A stretch of DNA of 58,147 nt from Dehalococcoidia bacterium (GCA_040882355.1 JBBEBM010000077.1:1-58147); one strand, 5' to 3'; shown: positions 40,807-50,800, counted from the first letter of the stretch. Translations and numbers: made by a program. The notes: generated from the sequence alone by a model not told the origin.

Positions 40807-41418
40807 ATGGAAGGGCTGACCATCCGCAAGGCTCTGGCCGACGATACGGAGCACATCGCCGCGATCATCCACGGCGAGGCCGGCCAGGAGGCGACGGCCA
40901 TCGCTGGCTGCGAGGAGGCGGCGATCGCCTTCGGCATGGCGATGGTTCGCATGAAGAACGGTCCGCAGGGCTGGCAGCACAGTATCGTCGCTGATCTGGA
41001 CGGCGGGGTGGCCGGGGTGCTGCAGAGCAACGCGGGCGGCGACTTCACGATCACGTCGTCGCTGGCGCTCCTGGCCGTGCGTATCCTGGGCGTGAGCGTC
41101 ATCACCGCGCTGCCGCGGCTGCGGGCGCGCAGACGGGTGGACATCCCGCATCCGGACGGCGCGTACCACGTCGCTGAGCTGCACACGCACCCCGCGCTCC
41201 GGAACCGCGGCATCGGCGGGGCATTACTCGACCACGCAGAGCGGGAGGCCCGCTGGGCGGGCATGCGGCTCATGTCGCTGAACACGACGACGATCAACCC
41301 CGCGCGCCACCTTTACGAGCGCCACGGGTTTCGCGTCGTCGAGACGCGCACTGACCCGGCGTACGAACGGATCACAGGCATCGCCGGCAGGCACCTGATG
41401 GTGAAGGAGCTGACGTGA
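40807..41418 (+). CDS. GNAT family N-acetyltransferase
   Basis: LHTHPALRNRGIGGALL, NPARHLYERHGF; SD GGAGG. Confidence 0.88.
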   Translation: MEGLTIRKALADDTEHIAAIIHGEAGQEATAIAGCEEAAIAFGMAMVRMKNGPQGWQHSIVADLDGGVAGVLQSNAGGDFTITSSLALLAVRILGVSVITALPRLRARRRVDIPHPDGAYHVAELHTHPALRNRGIGGALLDHAEREARWAGMRLMSLNTTTINPARHLYERHGFRVVETRTDPAYERITGIAGRHLMVKELT

Positions 41419-41942
41419 TGGAGTTCAGGACCGACAGCATCTTCGAGGCGCTCAAGACTCCGCTTGGCGTCATCGACAACCCACAGCGGCGGGAGCAGAT
41501 TGAGGCGTACATCGACACGGCGCGCGTGCAACTGGAGCGCTCGGTCTTCGACCTCCTCTCACGCTTCGGCGAGGAGGTCAACGGGCAGGTCTCGGCGCAC
41601 TACCAGGTCGGGCTGAACTATCGACCGGGCGCGCTCGATCTCGAAGTGAAGCAGACCGAGGCGGGCGAGGCGCCGGAGCAGTCGTGGTCGATGGCCGAGG
41701 GCGACGTCGAAAAGATCACGCTCCGCATCCCGGCCGAGCTGAAGGACCTGGCGACGGAGGCGGCGTCGAAGGCGGGCCTCTCGGTCAATAGCTGGTTCGT
41801 GCGCGTGCTCGCCCGCGCGGTAAGGAGCGCCGAAGAGCCGCCGCCGTCAGACACGCCCGATGGAGAAGGCGGACTGCGGCGCCGGCGCCGCCACGAAGGC
41901 GGAATGGGACGCAGGCTGAGCGGCTGGGTGGGACCCGAGTAG
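41418..41942 (+). CDS. Ribbon-helix-helix (HicB-like C-terminal) DNA-binding protein
   Basis: KITLRIPAELKDLATEAASKAGLSVNSWFVRVL; C-terminal RRLSGWV; precedes a DUF4097 gene. Confidence 0.75.
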   Translation: MEFRTDSIFEALKTPLGVIDNPQRREQIEAYIDTARVQLERSVFDLLSRFGEEVNGQVSAHYQVGLNYRPGALDLEVKQTEAGEAPEQSWSMAEGDVEKITLRIPAELKDLATEAASKAGLSVNSWFVRVLARAVRSAEEPPPSDTPDGEGGLRRRRRHEGGMGRRLSGWVGPE

Positions 41943-41964
41943 GATTCGCAAGGAGGAGTTGCAC

Positions 41965-42189
41965 ATGGAGATGATGAACTGGTCGTTGCTCGACGTGATC
42001 GTTGCGCAGAAGACGCTCGAGATGAACGAGGAGCGTAAACGCGTGCTGCTCCTGGAGGAGGCAAGTGACGAGGGACGCGGCAGCGCTCGAGCCGCGCTCG
42101 GCCGGACGTTCGTGCGCCTGGGACTGCAGCTCGACCCGTCCGCGGGCGAGGGGCTGCGGCCGACGCGGCTCGCGTCGGCCGGGAAGTGA
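41965..42189 (+). CDS. Small hypothetical protein
   Basis: SD AGGAGG; co-oriented in the operon; RAALGRTFVRLGLQL. Confidence 0.55.
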   Translation: MEMMNWSLLDVIVAQKTLEMNEERKRVLLLEEASDEGRGSARAALGRTFVRLGLQLDPSAGEGLRPTRLASAGK

Positions 42190-42201
42190 GGAGGTCGCGT
42201 C

Positions 42202-42558
42202 ATGTGCCGTGTCACGCTCTTCATCATCGCGCTGCTGCTGGTCGTCGACGCGATCCAACCGAGCCCGCCCTGGCTGGTGACGCTGGCCGTCCTCTCGGGC
42301 ATCGAGGCGTTCCGCTTCCGCCACTGGTTCGCCGGATTCCCTGCCGTGCTGCCGCTTACGGTCTTCGTGATTAGCCTGCTGCTCGCCGTCGAGGCGGTCG
42401 ACGTGACGGACGGCTGGCTTGTGGCGCTTGCAGTCCTCACCGGTCTGGACATGGTCCGCCCACGTCACTTCCGGCGGAAGTGGTGGTCGCGCGAACGCTG
42501 GCGCAGCCATCGAATGCGGCGGGCGTGGGCCGGCACAGACTGGGACGACGACTGGTAA
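42202..42558 (+). CDS. Small membrane protein
   Basis: SD GAGGAGG; internally repeated hydrophobic units (WLVTLAVLSG / WLVALAVLTG). Confidence 0.6.
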   Translation: MCRVTLFIIALLLVVDAIQPSPPWLVTLAVLSGIEAFRFRHWFAGFPAVLPLTVFVISLLLAVEAVDVTDGWLVALAVLTGLDMVRPRHFRRKWWSRERWRSHRMRRAWAGTDWDDDW

Positions 42559-42567
42559 GCGAGGCAC

Positions 42568-43473
42568 ATGGAATACGTTCGCACCTTCACGCGTGAGTTC
42601 GACGTTGGTGAGCGGGCGGAGTTGCGCGTCGATAACCGCTCGGGCGCCGTCACCGTGCGCGGTGGCGAGACGCGCACGGCGCGCATCGAGGTCGTTGCAC
42701 GCCTCTGGGGCGAGACCGAGGATGACGCTGATGACCAGGTTGCGACGATCGAGCGCGGCATCGAGCATGATGGCGCGCGGCGGGTGAGCGTGCGGGCGCC
42801 TCACCTGGTGCGGCCATCGGGCTGGCTCTTTCTGTTCGGACGCGGCCCGCGCATCGATTACGAGATCACCGTGCCCCGCGCGACGGAGGCGGAGCTGATC
42901 AGTCGCAGCGGGCGGGTCGAAGTGGAGGGCCTGGGCGAGCCACTGACCGTCGACGCGCGCAGCGGGCGCGTGACGGTGGCCGAGATCGGCGCGGACGTTG
43001 GCATCATCTCGCGGAGCGGGCACGTGCAGGCGACCGACGTTGGCGGTTCGCTGTCGATCGAGTCGCGGAGCGGCAAGGTTCAGGTCGCACGGTGCACGGG
43101 CAACGTGACTGTGCACTCGAGGAGCGGGGCGCTGCAGATCGAGGGGGTGGGCGGCAGCCTGCGCGTCGAAAACCGCAGCGGGTACGTCGGGCTGGCGGAC
43201 GTTGGCGCTTCGCTCTACGTTCGATCTCGGAGCGGCGCCCTGCGTTACGAAGGACCAGTGAAGGACTCGTTCGACATCGAGCTGATGAGTGGCGCGGTGA
43301 CGCTCGCCATCGATAGGGAGAGCGTCTTCATGCTGGACGCCGAGACGTACAGCGGCATGGTGCGGTCCGATCTGCCGGTACGGCGCGATCCTGGCGACGG
43401 GGTATCCCGCGACCAGGCGCCGACGCTTCGCGTTCGCACGCACTCCGGTATGATCCGCCTGACGCCTCGCTAG
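42568..43473 (+). CDS. DUF4097 family beta-strand repeat protein
   Basis: Repeated xSRSGxVxV units; LRVRTHSGMIRL C-terminus. Confidence 0.85.
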   Translation: MEYVRTFTREFDVGERAELRVDNRSGAVTVRGGETRTARIEVVARLWGETEDDADDQVATIERGIEHDGARRVSVRAPHLVRPSGWLFLFGRGPRIDYEITVPRATEAELISRSGRVEVEGLGEPLTVDARSGRVTVAEIGADVGIISRSGHVQATDVGGSLSIESRSGKVQVARCTGNVTVHSRSGALQIEGVGGSLRVENRSGYVGLADVGASLYVRSRSGALRYEGPVKDSFDIELMSGAVTLAIDRESVFMLDAETYSGMVRSDLPVRRDPGDGVSRDQAPTLRVRTHSGMIRLTPR

Positions 43474-43519
43474 GCGATCTCCTATTTCCAGCCCAGACCA
43501 ACGCTGATAGACTTGGCGC

Positions 43520-44314
43520 ATGGTGAGGCGTTCGCTACTGCTCCCATGCGCGCTGCTCGTGCTGGCGATCGCCGCCTTCGCCTGCGACGACGGGTCGTCG
43601 AACGTCACGACATCGGGCCTGTTGCCGGAGGGCGAAGAGGGCGGCGTCTATCTCGCCTTAGGCGACTCGATCGCGGCTGGCGAGGGTGCATCCGATCCCG
43701 ATACGACGGACTACGTCGCCCAGGTGGCTGAAGCGCTACGGGCGCGCTACGGCGAGTCGCTAGCGGTGCAGTCGCTCGCCGTTGGCGGTCACACCACGGA
43801 AGACCTGATCGATACTCAGCTCGCGCCGGCAGTCGAGGCGGTCCAGCAGGGCGATGTGAGGGTCGTGACGGTCACGATCGGCGGGAACGACCTCTTCCAG
43901 TACTCAGCCGATCCGGACTGCATCGTCGACCCCGCTGATCCGGCCTGCCCGCTGGAGGCCGGTCTAGCCGATGTGGAGCAGCGCCTCGACCAGATCCTGG
44001 GCGACCTGCGCGTGGCGGGGCCGGACACGGTGATCGCCATCGAGGTCTACCCGAACCTGTTCTCCAGCACAGGGCACGAGTTCTCACGGCCGGCGGACAC
44101 CGCCTTCCGGCTGCTCAACGGCGTGATCGAGGGTGTCGCGCGGCGCCACGAGGTGCTCGTCGCGGACCCGGTCCTGGCGTTCGAGGGCAGGGGACCGGAG
44201 TACACGCACATCCTCGACCCGACAGCCGACTTCCACCCGAACGACGCCGGCTACGACGTTATCGCCGAGGCGTTCCTGGAGGCGCTCGGCCTAGAGGCGC
44301 AATCTGATGAGTGA
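43520..44314 (+). CDS. SGNH/GDSL hydrolase lipoprotein
   Basis: Lipobox-like AFAC; YLALGDSIAAG, TIGGND, DFHPNDAGY. Confidence 0.88.
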   Translation: MVRRSLLLPCALLVLAIAAFACDDGSSNVTTSGLLPEGEEGGVYLALGDSIAAGEGASDPDTTDYVAQVAEALRARYGESLAVQSLAVGGHTTEDLIDTQLAPAVEAVQQGDVRVVTVTIGGNDLFQYSADPDCIVDPADPACPLEAGLADVEQRLDQILGDLRVAGPDTVIAIEVYPNLFSSTGHEFSRPADTAFRLLNGVIEGVARRHEVLVADPVLAFEGRGPEYTHILDPTADFHPNDAGYDVIAEAFLEALGLEAQSDE

Positions 44315-44780
44315 GACCATCGACGCGGTGATCGAGATCCCGCGAGGGAGCCGGAACAAGTACGAGATCGACGAGAAGGGCGTCCTCCGCCTCGACCGGG
44401 TGCTCTACTCCTCGGTGCACTATCCCACCGACTACGGGTACATCCCTGACACGCACTCGCCGGACGGCGACCACCTGGACGTCCTGGTCATCGTCGAGGA
44501 GCCGACGGTGCCGGGCTGCGTGGTGCGGGCGCGTCCGGTTGGCGTGCTGAAGATGCGCGATGAGAAGGGTGAGGACTACAAGGTGATCGCGGTGCCCGTC
44601 GCCGACCCGCGCTTCGACGGCGTCGACGACCTGTCCGAGCTGCACCCGCACTGGCTACGCGAGATCGAGAACTTCTTCGACGTCTACAAGACACTGGAGC
44701 CCAACAAGACCGTGACCATCGATGGCTGGGGCAATCGCGACGAGGCCTGGGCGGCGATTAACGCCTGCCGGACGGCGTAA
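44307..44780 (+). CDS. ppa: Inorganic pyrophosphatase (family I)
   Basis: IEIPRGSRNKYE, YPTDYGYIP, DGDHLDVLV, DEKGEDYKVI. Confidence 0.95.
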   Translation: MSETIDAVIEIPRGSRNKYEIDEKGVLRLDRVLYSSVHYPTDYGYIPDTHSPDGDHLDVLVIVEEPTVPGCVVRARPVGVLKMRDEKGEDYKVIAVPVADPRFDGVDDLSELHPHWLREIENFFDVYKTLEPNKTVTIDGWGNRDEAWAAINACRTA

Positions 44781-44789
44781 CCCCCGGTA

Positions 44790-45713
44790 TCACGTCAGCG
44801 TGACCGACGTCTCGTCACCCGAGCCCTTAGTGCGGACGCGGCCGTCGCGCTCCAGCTTCGCGAGGTGGGAGATTACCTGACCGGTGGCCATGCCGAGCAA
44901 CTGCTTGTCCAGCTCCGGGTAGATCGCCCGCACCAGGCGCTGCACGGTGTCGCGGCCCTCGCGCACCAACGCCACGATCTGCTCCTCGCGCTCGTGGCGG
45001 TGGTCGATCAGCTCCTGCAGCTTGCGGTTCGGCTCCTTGACCACGGGGCCGTGTCCGCAGCACATCAGATCGGCGTTGAGCGCCTGCATCTTGCGCAGCG
45101 ACTCGACGTACTGGGCCATGTCGCCGTGCGGCGGCGGCGGGACCGCTGTCGTGCCCACGCCGAGCACGTTGTCGCCGGCGAAGAGGACGCGTCCCTCCTC
45201 GAGGAAAGGCGAGAGGTGACCGGCGGTGTGGCCGGGCGAGTGCACCATGCGCAGCGTCAGCCCGCCGACGCGCAGCGTGTCGCCGTCGTCGACCAGCTCC
45301 TCGGGCGCGGCCTTCGCAGCCTCCTTGCGCCACTCGGCGACGCGCTCAGCGAACTCGCGTCGCTCCGGCGGCACCTCAACGTCAGACGGCAGCTCCTCGG
45401 TCGTGGCCCGCTCGAGCAAGGGCGCTTCGTCGCGGTGCATGACGATGCGCGCGCCGGTCGCCTCGCGGAGCTTCGGTGCGCCCGAGGCGTGGTCGAAGTG
45501 GTGGTGCGTGATCACGATGTAGCGCACGTTCAGGTTCGGGAACGTCTGCAGCGCTTCCAGCCGGGACGTGATCGACTGCTCGTCCGGGAAGCCGGCGTCG
45601 ATCAGAGCGGCCTCGTCGCCGTCGACGATCAGGTGGACGTTGGGCGGGTACGGTTGCGGAAACCAGTCGAGTTTGACGTAGAGGCTGCGAACGTGCGGCG
45701 TGACTTCTTCCAT
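44790..45713 (-). CDS. MBL-fold metallo-hydrolase with C-terminal winged helix (LACTB2-like)
   Basis: THHHFDH, SPGHTAGH, AGDNVLG, GHGP, AIYPE..HLAKLE. Confidence 0.85.
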   Translation of the reverse strand: MEEVTPHVRSLYVKLDWFPQPYPPNVHLIVDGDEAALIDAGFPDEQSITSRLEALQTFPNLNVRYIVITHHHFDHASGAPKLREATGARIVMHRDEAPLLERATTEELPSDVEVPPERREFAERVAEWRKEAAKAAPEELVDDGDTLRVGGLTLRMVHSPGHTAGHLSPFLEEGRVLFAGDNVLGVGTTAVPPPPHGDMAQYVESLRKMQALNADLMCCGHGPVVKEPNRKLQELIDHRHEREEQIVALVREGRDTVQRLVRAIYPELDKQLLGMATGQVISHLAKLERDGRVRTKGSGDETSVTLT

Positions 45714-45787
45714 AGCGCGGCGATGGTAGCAGGCGCAACGAGTGATGTCCAACGTCGGGCTTGCGGCTCGAAAGGGCGTGGCGCATC

Positions 45788-46756
45788 ATGCGGGCGAACA
45801 TGCCCGTCGATGCCACCATCGCCCTGCCGGAAACCGACGAACTCCGGAGCCTTCGACGCGCGCTGCTGGCCTGGCACCGAAGGCACGGGCTGGAGGCGCC
45901 CTGGCGCGTCTCGCGCGACCCCTATCAGGCGCTGGTCGCGGCGGTGATGGCGCAGCAGACGCAGATGTCGCGCGTGCTGCCGAAGTTCGACGAGTTCATC
46001 GAAGCGTTTCCGACGGTCGAGGCGCTTGCGGCCGCGTCCGCAGGCGAGGTGCTGCGCATCTGGGCGCCGCTCGGCTACAACCTGCGAGCGGTGCGACTGC
46101 ATCGAGCTGCGCAGCAGATCGCGACGACGGGCGGCTTCCCGCGGACGGCCGCGGAGCTAGAGCGCATCGACGGCATCGGGCCGTTCACCGCCGCCATCGT
46201 CACGTCCTTCTCCTTCGGCGAGCGCGTCGCAGCGATCGACACGAACGTCTCGCGTGTGATTGCGCGGGCCTTTGCCGGCGACATCGAGGGCGGCGTGCCG
46301 GAGCGCGCGCTTCGCTCTGCCGCCGATGCGCTTGTTTCGCGGCGCGCGGCTGGTCGCTGGAACCAGGGGATAATGGACCTGGGCGCGCTCGTCTGTACGG
46401 CGCGGGCGCCCAGGTGCGACGCGTGCCCGCTGGCGCGCTGGTGCCGGGCGCGACCGCGCTTCGCGGTGAACGGGAATCGTCGCATCGCGGAGCGGAGGGC
46501 GGCGTATCGCGCCGAGCCGCCGTTCAAGGGTTCGCGCCGCTACTATCGCGGGCGCATCGTGCAGGCGCTGCGGGAGCTGCCGCCGGGCGCGACGGTGTCG
46601 CTGGCAAATGTCCTGGCGCGACTGCGACAGGCTGAAGCGTGTCGTTCGGGGGTGTCAGGCGGCCTCGATGTGAGCGGCCTGCGAGTGCTGGTGGGCGCGC
46701 TGGAACGCGACGGGCTGGTGCGGGTCGACGGACGCGGGAGGATCGGGCTGCCGTGA
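45788..46756 (+). CDS. mutY: A/G-specific adenine glycosylase (HhH-GPD, FeS)
   Basis: PWR..DPY, MAQQTQ, WAPLGY, GIGPFTA, IDTNVSRV, MDLGALVCTARAPRCDACPLARWC; start codon uncertain. Confidence 0.9.
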   Translation: MRANMPVDATIALPETDELRSLRRALLAWHRRHGLEAPWRVSRDPYQALVAAVMAQQTQMSRVLPKFDEFIEAFPTVEALAAASAGEVLRIWAPLGYNLRAVRLHRAAQQIATTGGFPRTAAELERIDGIGPFTAAIVTSFSFGERVAAIDTNVSRVIARAFAGDIEGGVPERALRSAADALVSRRAAGRWNQGIMDLGALVCTARAPRCDACPLARWCRARPRFAVNGNRRIAERRAAYRAEPPFKGSRRYYRGRIVQALRELPPGATVSLANVLARLRQAEACRSGVSGGLDVSGLRVLVGALERDGLVRVDGRGRIGLP

Positions 46757-46762
46757 GGAGCG

Positions 46763-47512
46763 CTACGCCGCCAGGCGCTCTTCGCTGGGGTCGTGCGCCA
46801 TCGTCAGCTCACTGGGTAGGGCAGCCCGGCGCGCCTGCCTCATGGGCGATACGACGGGCTGGGTGATCAGTTCGAAGCCCATGCGGTTGTTCCAGCCGCG
46901 CACGTTCGCGAGCAGATCGCGGAGGGCGTAGTAGACCTGGGCGCTGCGCCAGTAGAGCGTGCCGTTTGCCTCTCGGTAGGCCTGCTCGATCTCGGCAAGC
47001 GCGACCGAGCAGTCGACGGCGGACTGCTTGACGCCGATGGCGAAGACGGTGTGCGGCTTCTCAGGGTTGCCCTGGTAGCCGACGAGTGTCTGCTCGAAAC
47101 ACCGGAACAGGTGCTTGAACGCCTCCGGCGTGAAGCGCCAGTAGTCGGACGGATGGTGGTGGATCGCGAAGTCCATGACCGATGTGGCGATGATTACGCC
47201 TTCGGGCCGGAGCACGCGGTAGGCCTCGGCGAGCGAGTCGTGGCAGTTCTGGATGTGCTCCAGCGTATCGATCATGATCAGGGAGCCGACGGAGGCGTGA
47301 GGGAAGGTGAGCGACTCAACGTTCTCGATCCGGTCGACGCCAGGCCCGGGCCGGATGTCGCAGCCAGTGAAGTCGCGGCCGGCGAAGATGGAGCGCAAGT
47401 CGGCCAGCTCCGCCTGACCCTGGACCTGGTAGGAACCGATTTCTACGATCGGCTCGGGCAGCGGCAGGTGTCGGTCAGCGATCTCGACGAGCGTGCGGAC
47501 GTTCTTGCGCAT
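46763..47512 (-). CDS. Class I SAM-dependent methyltransferase
   Basis: VEIGS, GCDIRPGPGVD, DTLEHI, RVLRPEG, HHPSDYWRFTP. Confidence 0.8.
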   Translation of the reverse strand: MRKNVRTLVEIADRHLPLPEPIVEIGSYQVQGQAELADLRSIFAGRDFTGCDIRPGPGVDRIENVESLTFPHASVGSLIMIDTLEHIQNCHDSLAEAYRVLRPEGVIIATSVMDFAIHHHPSDYWRFTPEAFKHLFRCFEQTLVGYQGNPEKPHTVFAIGVKQSAVDCSVALAEIEQAYREANGTLYWRSAQVYYALRDLLANVRGWNNRMGFELITQPVVSPMRQARRAALPSELTMAHDPSEERLAA

Positions 47513-47720
47513 CAGGCTGCTCCTTGCCTTTGGGGCGGTCCTTCTGCATAGCATGTCGCCACCTGGATACCCGCGAAAACATGGGAGTTCCCTTATCCCT
47601 AAGGGGGCGCTCCCTTATACCCGGGTAGCTTGCAGTAGGCGGGCGCCCCAACGCTCAATGGGCCGATAGCGATCGTACCGGCGTTCTGGTATGCTGCGCT
47701 GCTGGAAATGGAGGCCTGAC

Positions 47721-48359
47721 ATGGAAGTGCACGAAGAGGGACGTCTGCGGCTGATTAAGATCGGCCCGCTGGGCCCGTTCGACAACAACGCGTACGTGAT
47801 CCAGGATGTCGAGTCGGGCGCGGCGATGATCGTGGACGCGCCCCAGGACGGCGAGCGCGTCCTCGAAGCGCTGGGCGACGGTCGGGTCGAGGCGATCGTC
47901 GTCACGCACCGACACGGCGACCACTGGATGAGCATCGATGCGCTGAAGACGGCGACCGGCGCGCCGGTGCTCTGCCACCAGGCCGACCGCGAGCCGTACG
48001 CATCGAAGGTGGACGCGACGCTCGCGGATGACGACGAGCTTTCGGTGGGAGAGCTGAGCGTTCGCGTGCTCCACACGCCAGGCCACACGCCGGGCAGCGT
48101 TTGCTTCGTGGTGGGCGGGCACCTGATCAGCGGCGACACGCTCTTTCCGGGCGGGCCGGGCCGGACCGGCAAGCCGGACGACCTGCGCCAGGAGATCGAG
48201 TCGATCACGACCCGGCTCTTCGAGCTGCCGGACGAGACGCTCGTTCACCCAGGCCACGGCGCGGACGGCAGCATCGGCGCGTCGAAGCGCGAGCACGCCG
48301 CCTTCGCGTCACGCGAGCATCCCAACGATCTCTGCGGCGACGTGACGTGGGAGGGATGA
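47721..48359 (+). CDS. MBL-fold hydrolase (glyoxalase II-like)
   Basis: THRHGDH, TPGHTPGS, GDTLFPGG, PGHG. Confidence 0.88.
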   Translation: MEVHEEGRLRLIKIGPLGPFDNNAYVIQDVESGAAMIVDAPQDGERVLEALGDGRVEAIVVTHRHGDHWMSIDALKTATGAPVLCHQADREPYASKVDATLADDDELSVGELSVRVLHTPGHTPGSVCFVVGGHLISGDTLFPGGPGRTGKPDDLRQEIESITTRLFELPDETLVHPGHGADGSIGASKREHAAFASREHPNDLCGDVTWEG

Positions 48360-48388
48360 GGGGAGAATTCAGCCAGAGGTGAACGAAC

Positions 48389-48910
48389 ATGAACGTCCAA
48401 ACTGCCGTCCAGCAACAGCTCGCGGGCACACGGGGAACGCTCGGGTTCATGCTGGGAGACTGCGACCCGGAGCTGCTCAACATGACGTTACCGGGCGCGA
48501 CACTCGGCTCCATCGCCTCGATCTACGCGCACATGGTGTTCGCAGAGGACGCGTTCGTGCAGGCTCGCTTTCAGGGCGAGCTTACGGTCTTCGAGTCGGG
48601 CGGTTGGGAGGAGAAGACCGGCGTGGCCTCGCCCGGCATGCCGCCGGCGATCACGCCGGAGTGGGCCGCCGCGCTCAAGATGGACCTGCCGAGGTTCCAG
48701 GAGTACGCGGATGCCGTCTTCGCAGCGACCGACGCCTACCTGGCAAGCCTGCCCGACGCCGAGTTGGATCGCAAGATCCAGGGCGCGACAGGCGGCGAGT
48801 ACACGCTGGGCTGGGGTGTCGCCATCTTGCTCGGCCAGCACGCGGCGCAGCACAGCGGGGAGATCGCCGCGCTCAAGGGTGTCCAGGGGCTGAAGGGCCT
48901 GCCCTATTAG
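48389..48910 (+). CDS. DinB family protein
   Basis: SIASIYAHMVFAED ... HAAQHSGEI. Confidence 0.75.
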   Translation: MNVQTAVQQQLAGTRGTLGFMLGDCDPELLNMTLPGATLGSIASIYAHMVFAEDAFVQARFQGELTVFESGGWEEKTGVASPGMPPAITPEWAAALKMDLPRFQEYADAVFAATDAYLASLPDAELDRKIQGATGGEYTLGWGVAILLGQHAAQHSGEIAALKGVQGLKGLPY

Positions 48911-48931
48911 TCGGGGCCACGGCGAGCTGGG

Positions 48932-49204
48932 ATGCTCTTCATGGTGATCGAGCGGTTCAAGGACCGCGATGCCGTCGCGGTCTATCGTCGCGCGCAGAAC
49001 CAGGGCCGGATGGCGCCGGAAGGCCTGCTGTACGTGGGAAGCTGGGTCGAGGCGAACTTCGATCGCTGCTTCCAGCTCATGGAGTGCGACGACGCTTCTT
49101 TGCTTCAGCAGTGGGCTCTCGCCTGGCGCGACCTAGTCGAATTCGAGATCGTACCGGTCGTGCCGTCCGACGAAACGCTGGCGAACGTCACGCCCGCGCT
49201 ATGA
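48932..49204 (+). CDS. DUF3303-like protein
   Basis: MLFMVIERF..GRMAPEGL..SWV..RCFQLME..WRDLVEFEIVPV. Confidence 0.7.
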   Translation: MLFMVIERFKDRDAVAVYRRAQNQGRMAPEGLLYVGSWVEANFDRCFQLMECDDASLLQQWALAWRDLVEFEIVPVVPSDETLANVTPAL

Positions 49205-49668
49205 CGGCGATGGGCTCCGGCTGCGAGATCTGCCGCCGCATCGAGCAGACGACGCTCGCGAATCCGTATCTGGTCGCTCAGCTCGATACGGGCTTCGCGG
49301 TGCTCGCCGACAACCAGCACATTCCCGGCTACACGCTCTTCGTGTCGAAGACCTGCGCACCGGAGCTGCACGATCTGTCGCCGGTTGTTCGCTCACTGTT
49401 TCTCGAAGAGATGGCGCTCGTTGCCGAGGCGGTGTTTCGCGCGTCCGCGCCACGCAAGCTGAACTACGAGCTGCTCGGCAACTCCGTTGCGCACCTCCAC
49501 TGGCACATCTTCCCGCGCTACGAGGACGATCCGAATCCGCGGTGGCCTGTGTGGAGCAACGGTGAGTTCTTGCGGGCGCCACGCGTGACGCCCATCGATC
49601 CTGCGCAGCTCGCCGAGCGCCGGAAGCGGCTCCAGGGCGCGCTGAACGCGCTGCGCGGCGCGACCTAG
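49201..49668 (+). CDS. HIT family protein
   Basis: CEIC, KLNYELLGNSVAHLHWHIFPRY; ATGA overlap with the upstream gene. Confidence 0.88.
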   Translation: MTAMGSGCEICRRIEQTTLANPYLVAQLDTGFAVLADNQHIPGYTLFVSKTCAPELHDLSPVVRSLFLEEMALVAEAVFRASAPRKLNYELLGNSVAHLHWHIFPRYEDDPNPRWPVWSNGEFLRAPRVTPIDPAQLAERRKRLQGALNALRGAT

Positions 49669-50291
49669 TCCGGGTCGGCTTCGGTCCGGCGGGCGACGAG
49701 CTCGCGATCGCGGGCCGAGAGCAGCTCCGGCGCGTGCTCCGCGACTGACTGCTTCCAGTCGGGCACGGGAGTCTCGCAACCGTCGCGCGGGACGAAGGCC
49801 GACGGGTCGACCTTCTGGTAGTGGTGGATGTAGCGCGGGCAGTTCGGGAAGACCTCGCGCGCCCGCACGCGCACCACGAACTGCGCCTCCGGGTACTTCG
49901 CCATCAGCGGGTCCCGCTCGTCGATGCTGGCGACGCCGTTGAGCCGCATCCGACGCTGGCCCTCGAAGTCGACGAAGAGGATGCCGACGTTCGGGTTCTT
50001 GAGCAGGTTGCCCATCGAGAGGTACATGCCGTTGCCGTCGTAGTTTGGGAAGGCGACGGTGTGCTCATCGACGACGCGAACGAAGCCCGGGTCGCCGCCT
50101 TTGTACGAGCAGTTCGGCTGGCCGTCCTCGTCCGCTGTGGCGACAAAGAACATGTCGCGCGCTTCGATGAACGCCTTGTCGCCTTCGCCAATGGTGTCAT
50201 GGACGGCGCCCTGCTCGAGCCGGTCGGCGAGGCGCCTGGTGTCGAAGCGGTCCTGGAGTTGTCGGTTGCCGTCGTGGTATATCGAGGACAT
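49665..50291 (-). CDS. Pyridoxamine 5'-phosphate oxidase family protein
   Basis: CSYKGGDPGFVRV, FPNYDGNGMYLSMGN, FPNCPRYIH. Confidence 0.85.
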   Translation of the reverse strand: MSSIYHDGNRQLQDRFDTRRLADRLEQGAVHDTIGEGDKAFIEARDMFFVATADEDGQPNCSYKGGDPGFVRVVDEHTVAFPNYDGNGMYLSMGNLLKNPNVGILFVDFEGQRRMRLNGVASIDERDPLMAKYPEAQFVVRVRAREVFPNCPRYIHHYQKVDPSAFVPRDGCETPVPDWKQSVAEHAPELLSARDRELVARRTEADPD

Positions 50292-50398
50292 GTGGGCCTC
50301 CTCAGCCTGATGTTGTCTCAGCGTAGTGCGAGGTCTCGGACGCTGTCAACAGCCGCACCCGTGGCCGTGTGCTACCCTGCGCACTCTGGAGGTGCGTG

Positions 50399-50623
50399 AT
50401 GGGACGGGAACAGCTACTGGCGCTCAGCCGGATCATCGAGCAGCAGTTGACGCTCGGCCCCGACGGCGTCGTTGTGGGCACGTGGGAGATTCGCTGGAAC
50501 AAGGAGAGGCAGGCGTTCGAGTTCGACAAGTGCGAGTTCGCCGGCTACTGCGAAGAGCGCCCTTCGGTCGTCGCTCTCGATGGCGCCGTGCTCGATCCGG
50601 GCGGGCCACTGCTGCAACCGTAG
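50399..50623 (+). CDS. Small hypothetical protein
   Basis: SD GGAGG; MGREQLLALSRII...FEFDKCEFAGYCEERP. Confidence 0.55.
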   Translation: MGREQLLALSRIIEQQLTLGPDGVVVGTWEIRWNKERQAFEFDKCEFAGYCEERPSVVALDGAVLDPGGPLLQP

Positions 50624-50632
50624 GGATGGCGC

Positions 50633-50760
50633 TTGACTGGTGGGGCGAACTGTGAGATGATCCTTATCGCTTCGGTCACAAGCCGGAGGTAACGCTATGG
50701 TAAGGCAATGCCACCGCCGCTAACTCGACGGCTCTCCCGGCCGATCGGCCGGGGAGCTTG
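50633..50760 (+). promoter_or_regulatory. Promoter with 8-aa uORF and hairpin (candidate attenuator or sRNA)
   Basis: TTGACT-17 nt-GATGAT; SD GGAGG at 50685; uORF MVRQCHRR at 50697-50723; hairpin 50731-50757. Confidence 0.5.
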
Positions 50761-50763
50761 TAC

Positions 50764-50800
50764 AACCCGCCACGACGTTGGTCGCGGCGGGTTTTTTCTT
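50764..50800 (+). terminator. Intrinsic terminator upstream of the Hsp70-like gene
   Basis: AACCCGCCACGAC-GTTG-GTCGCGGCGGGTT followed by TTTTCTT. Confidence 0.75.

Noticed and set aside
41785..43608. Long antisense ORFs (e.g. 41785-43608, 26763-28616, 14403-15980, 5755-7104)
   Set aside because: Typical high-GC shadow frames opposite well-supported genes, with no family motifs
48379..49668. 429-aa ORF with a HIT C-terminus
   Set aside because: It overlaps the DinB and DUF3303-like genes in other frames; the HIT gene starts at 49201
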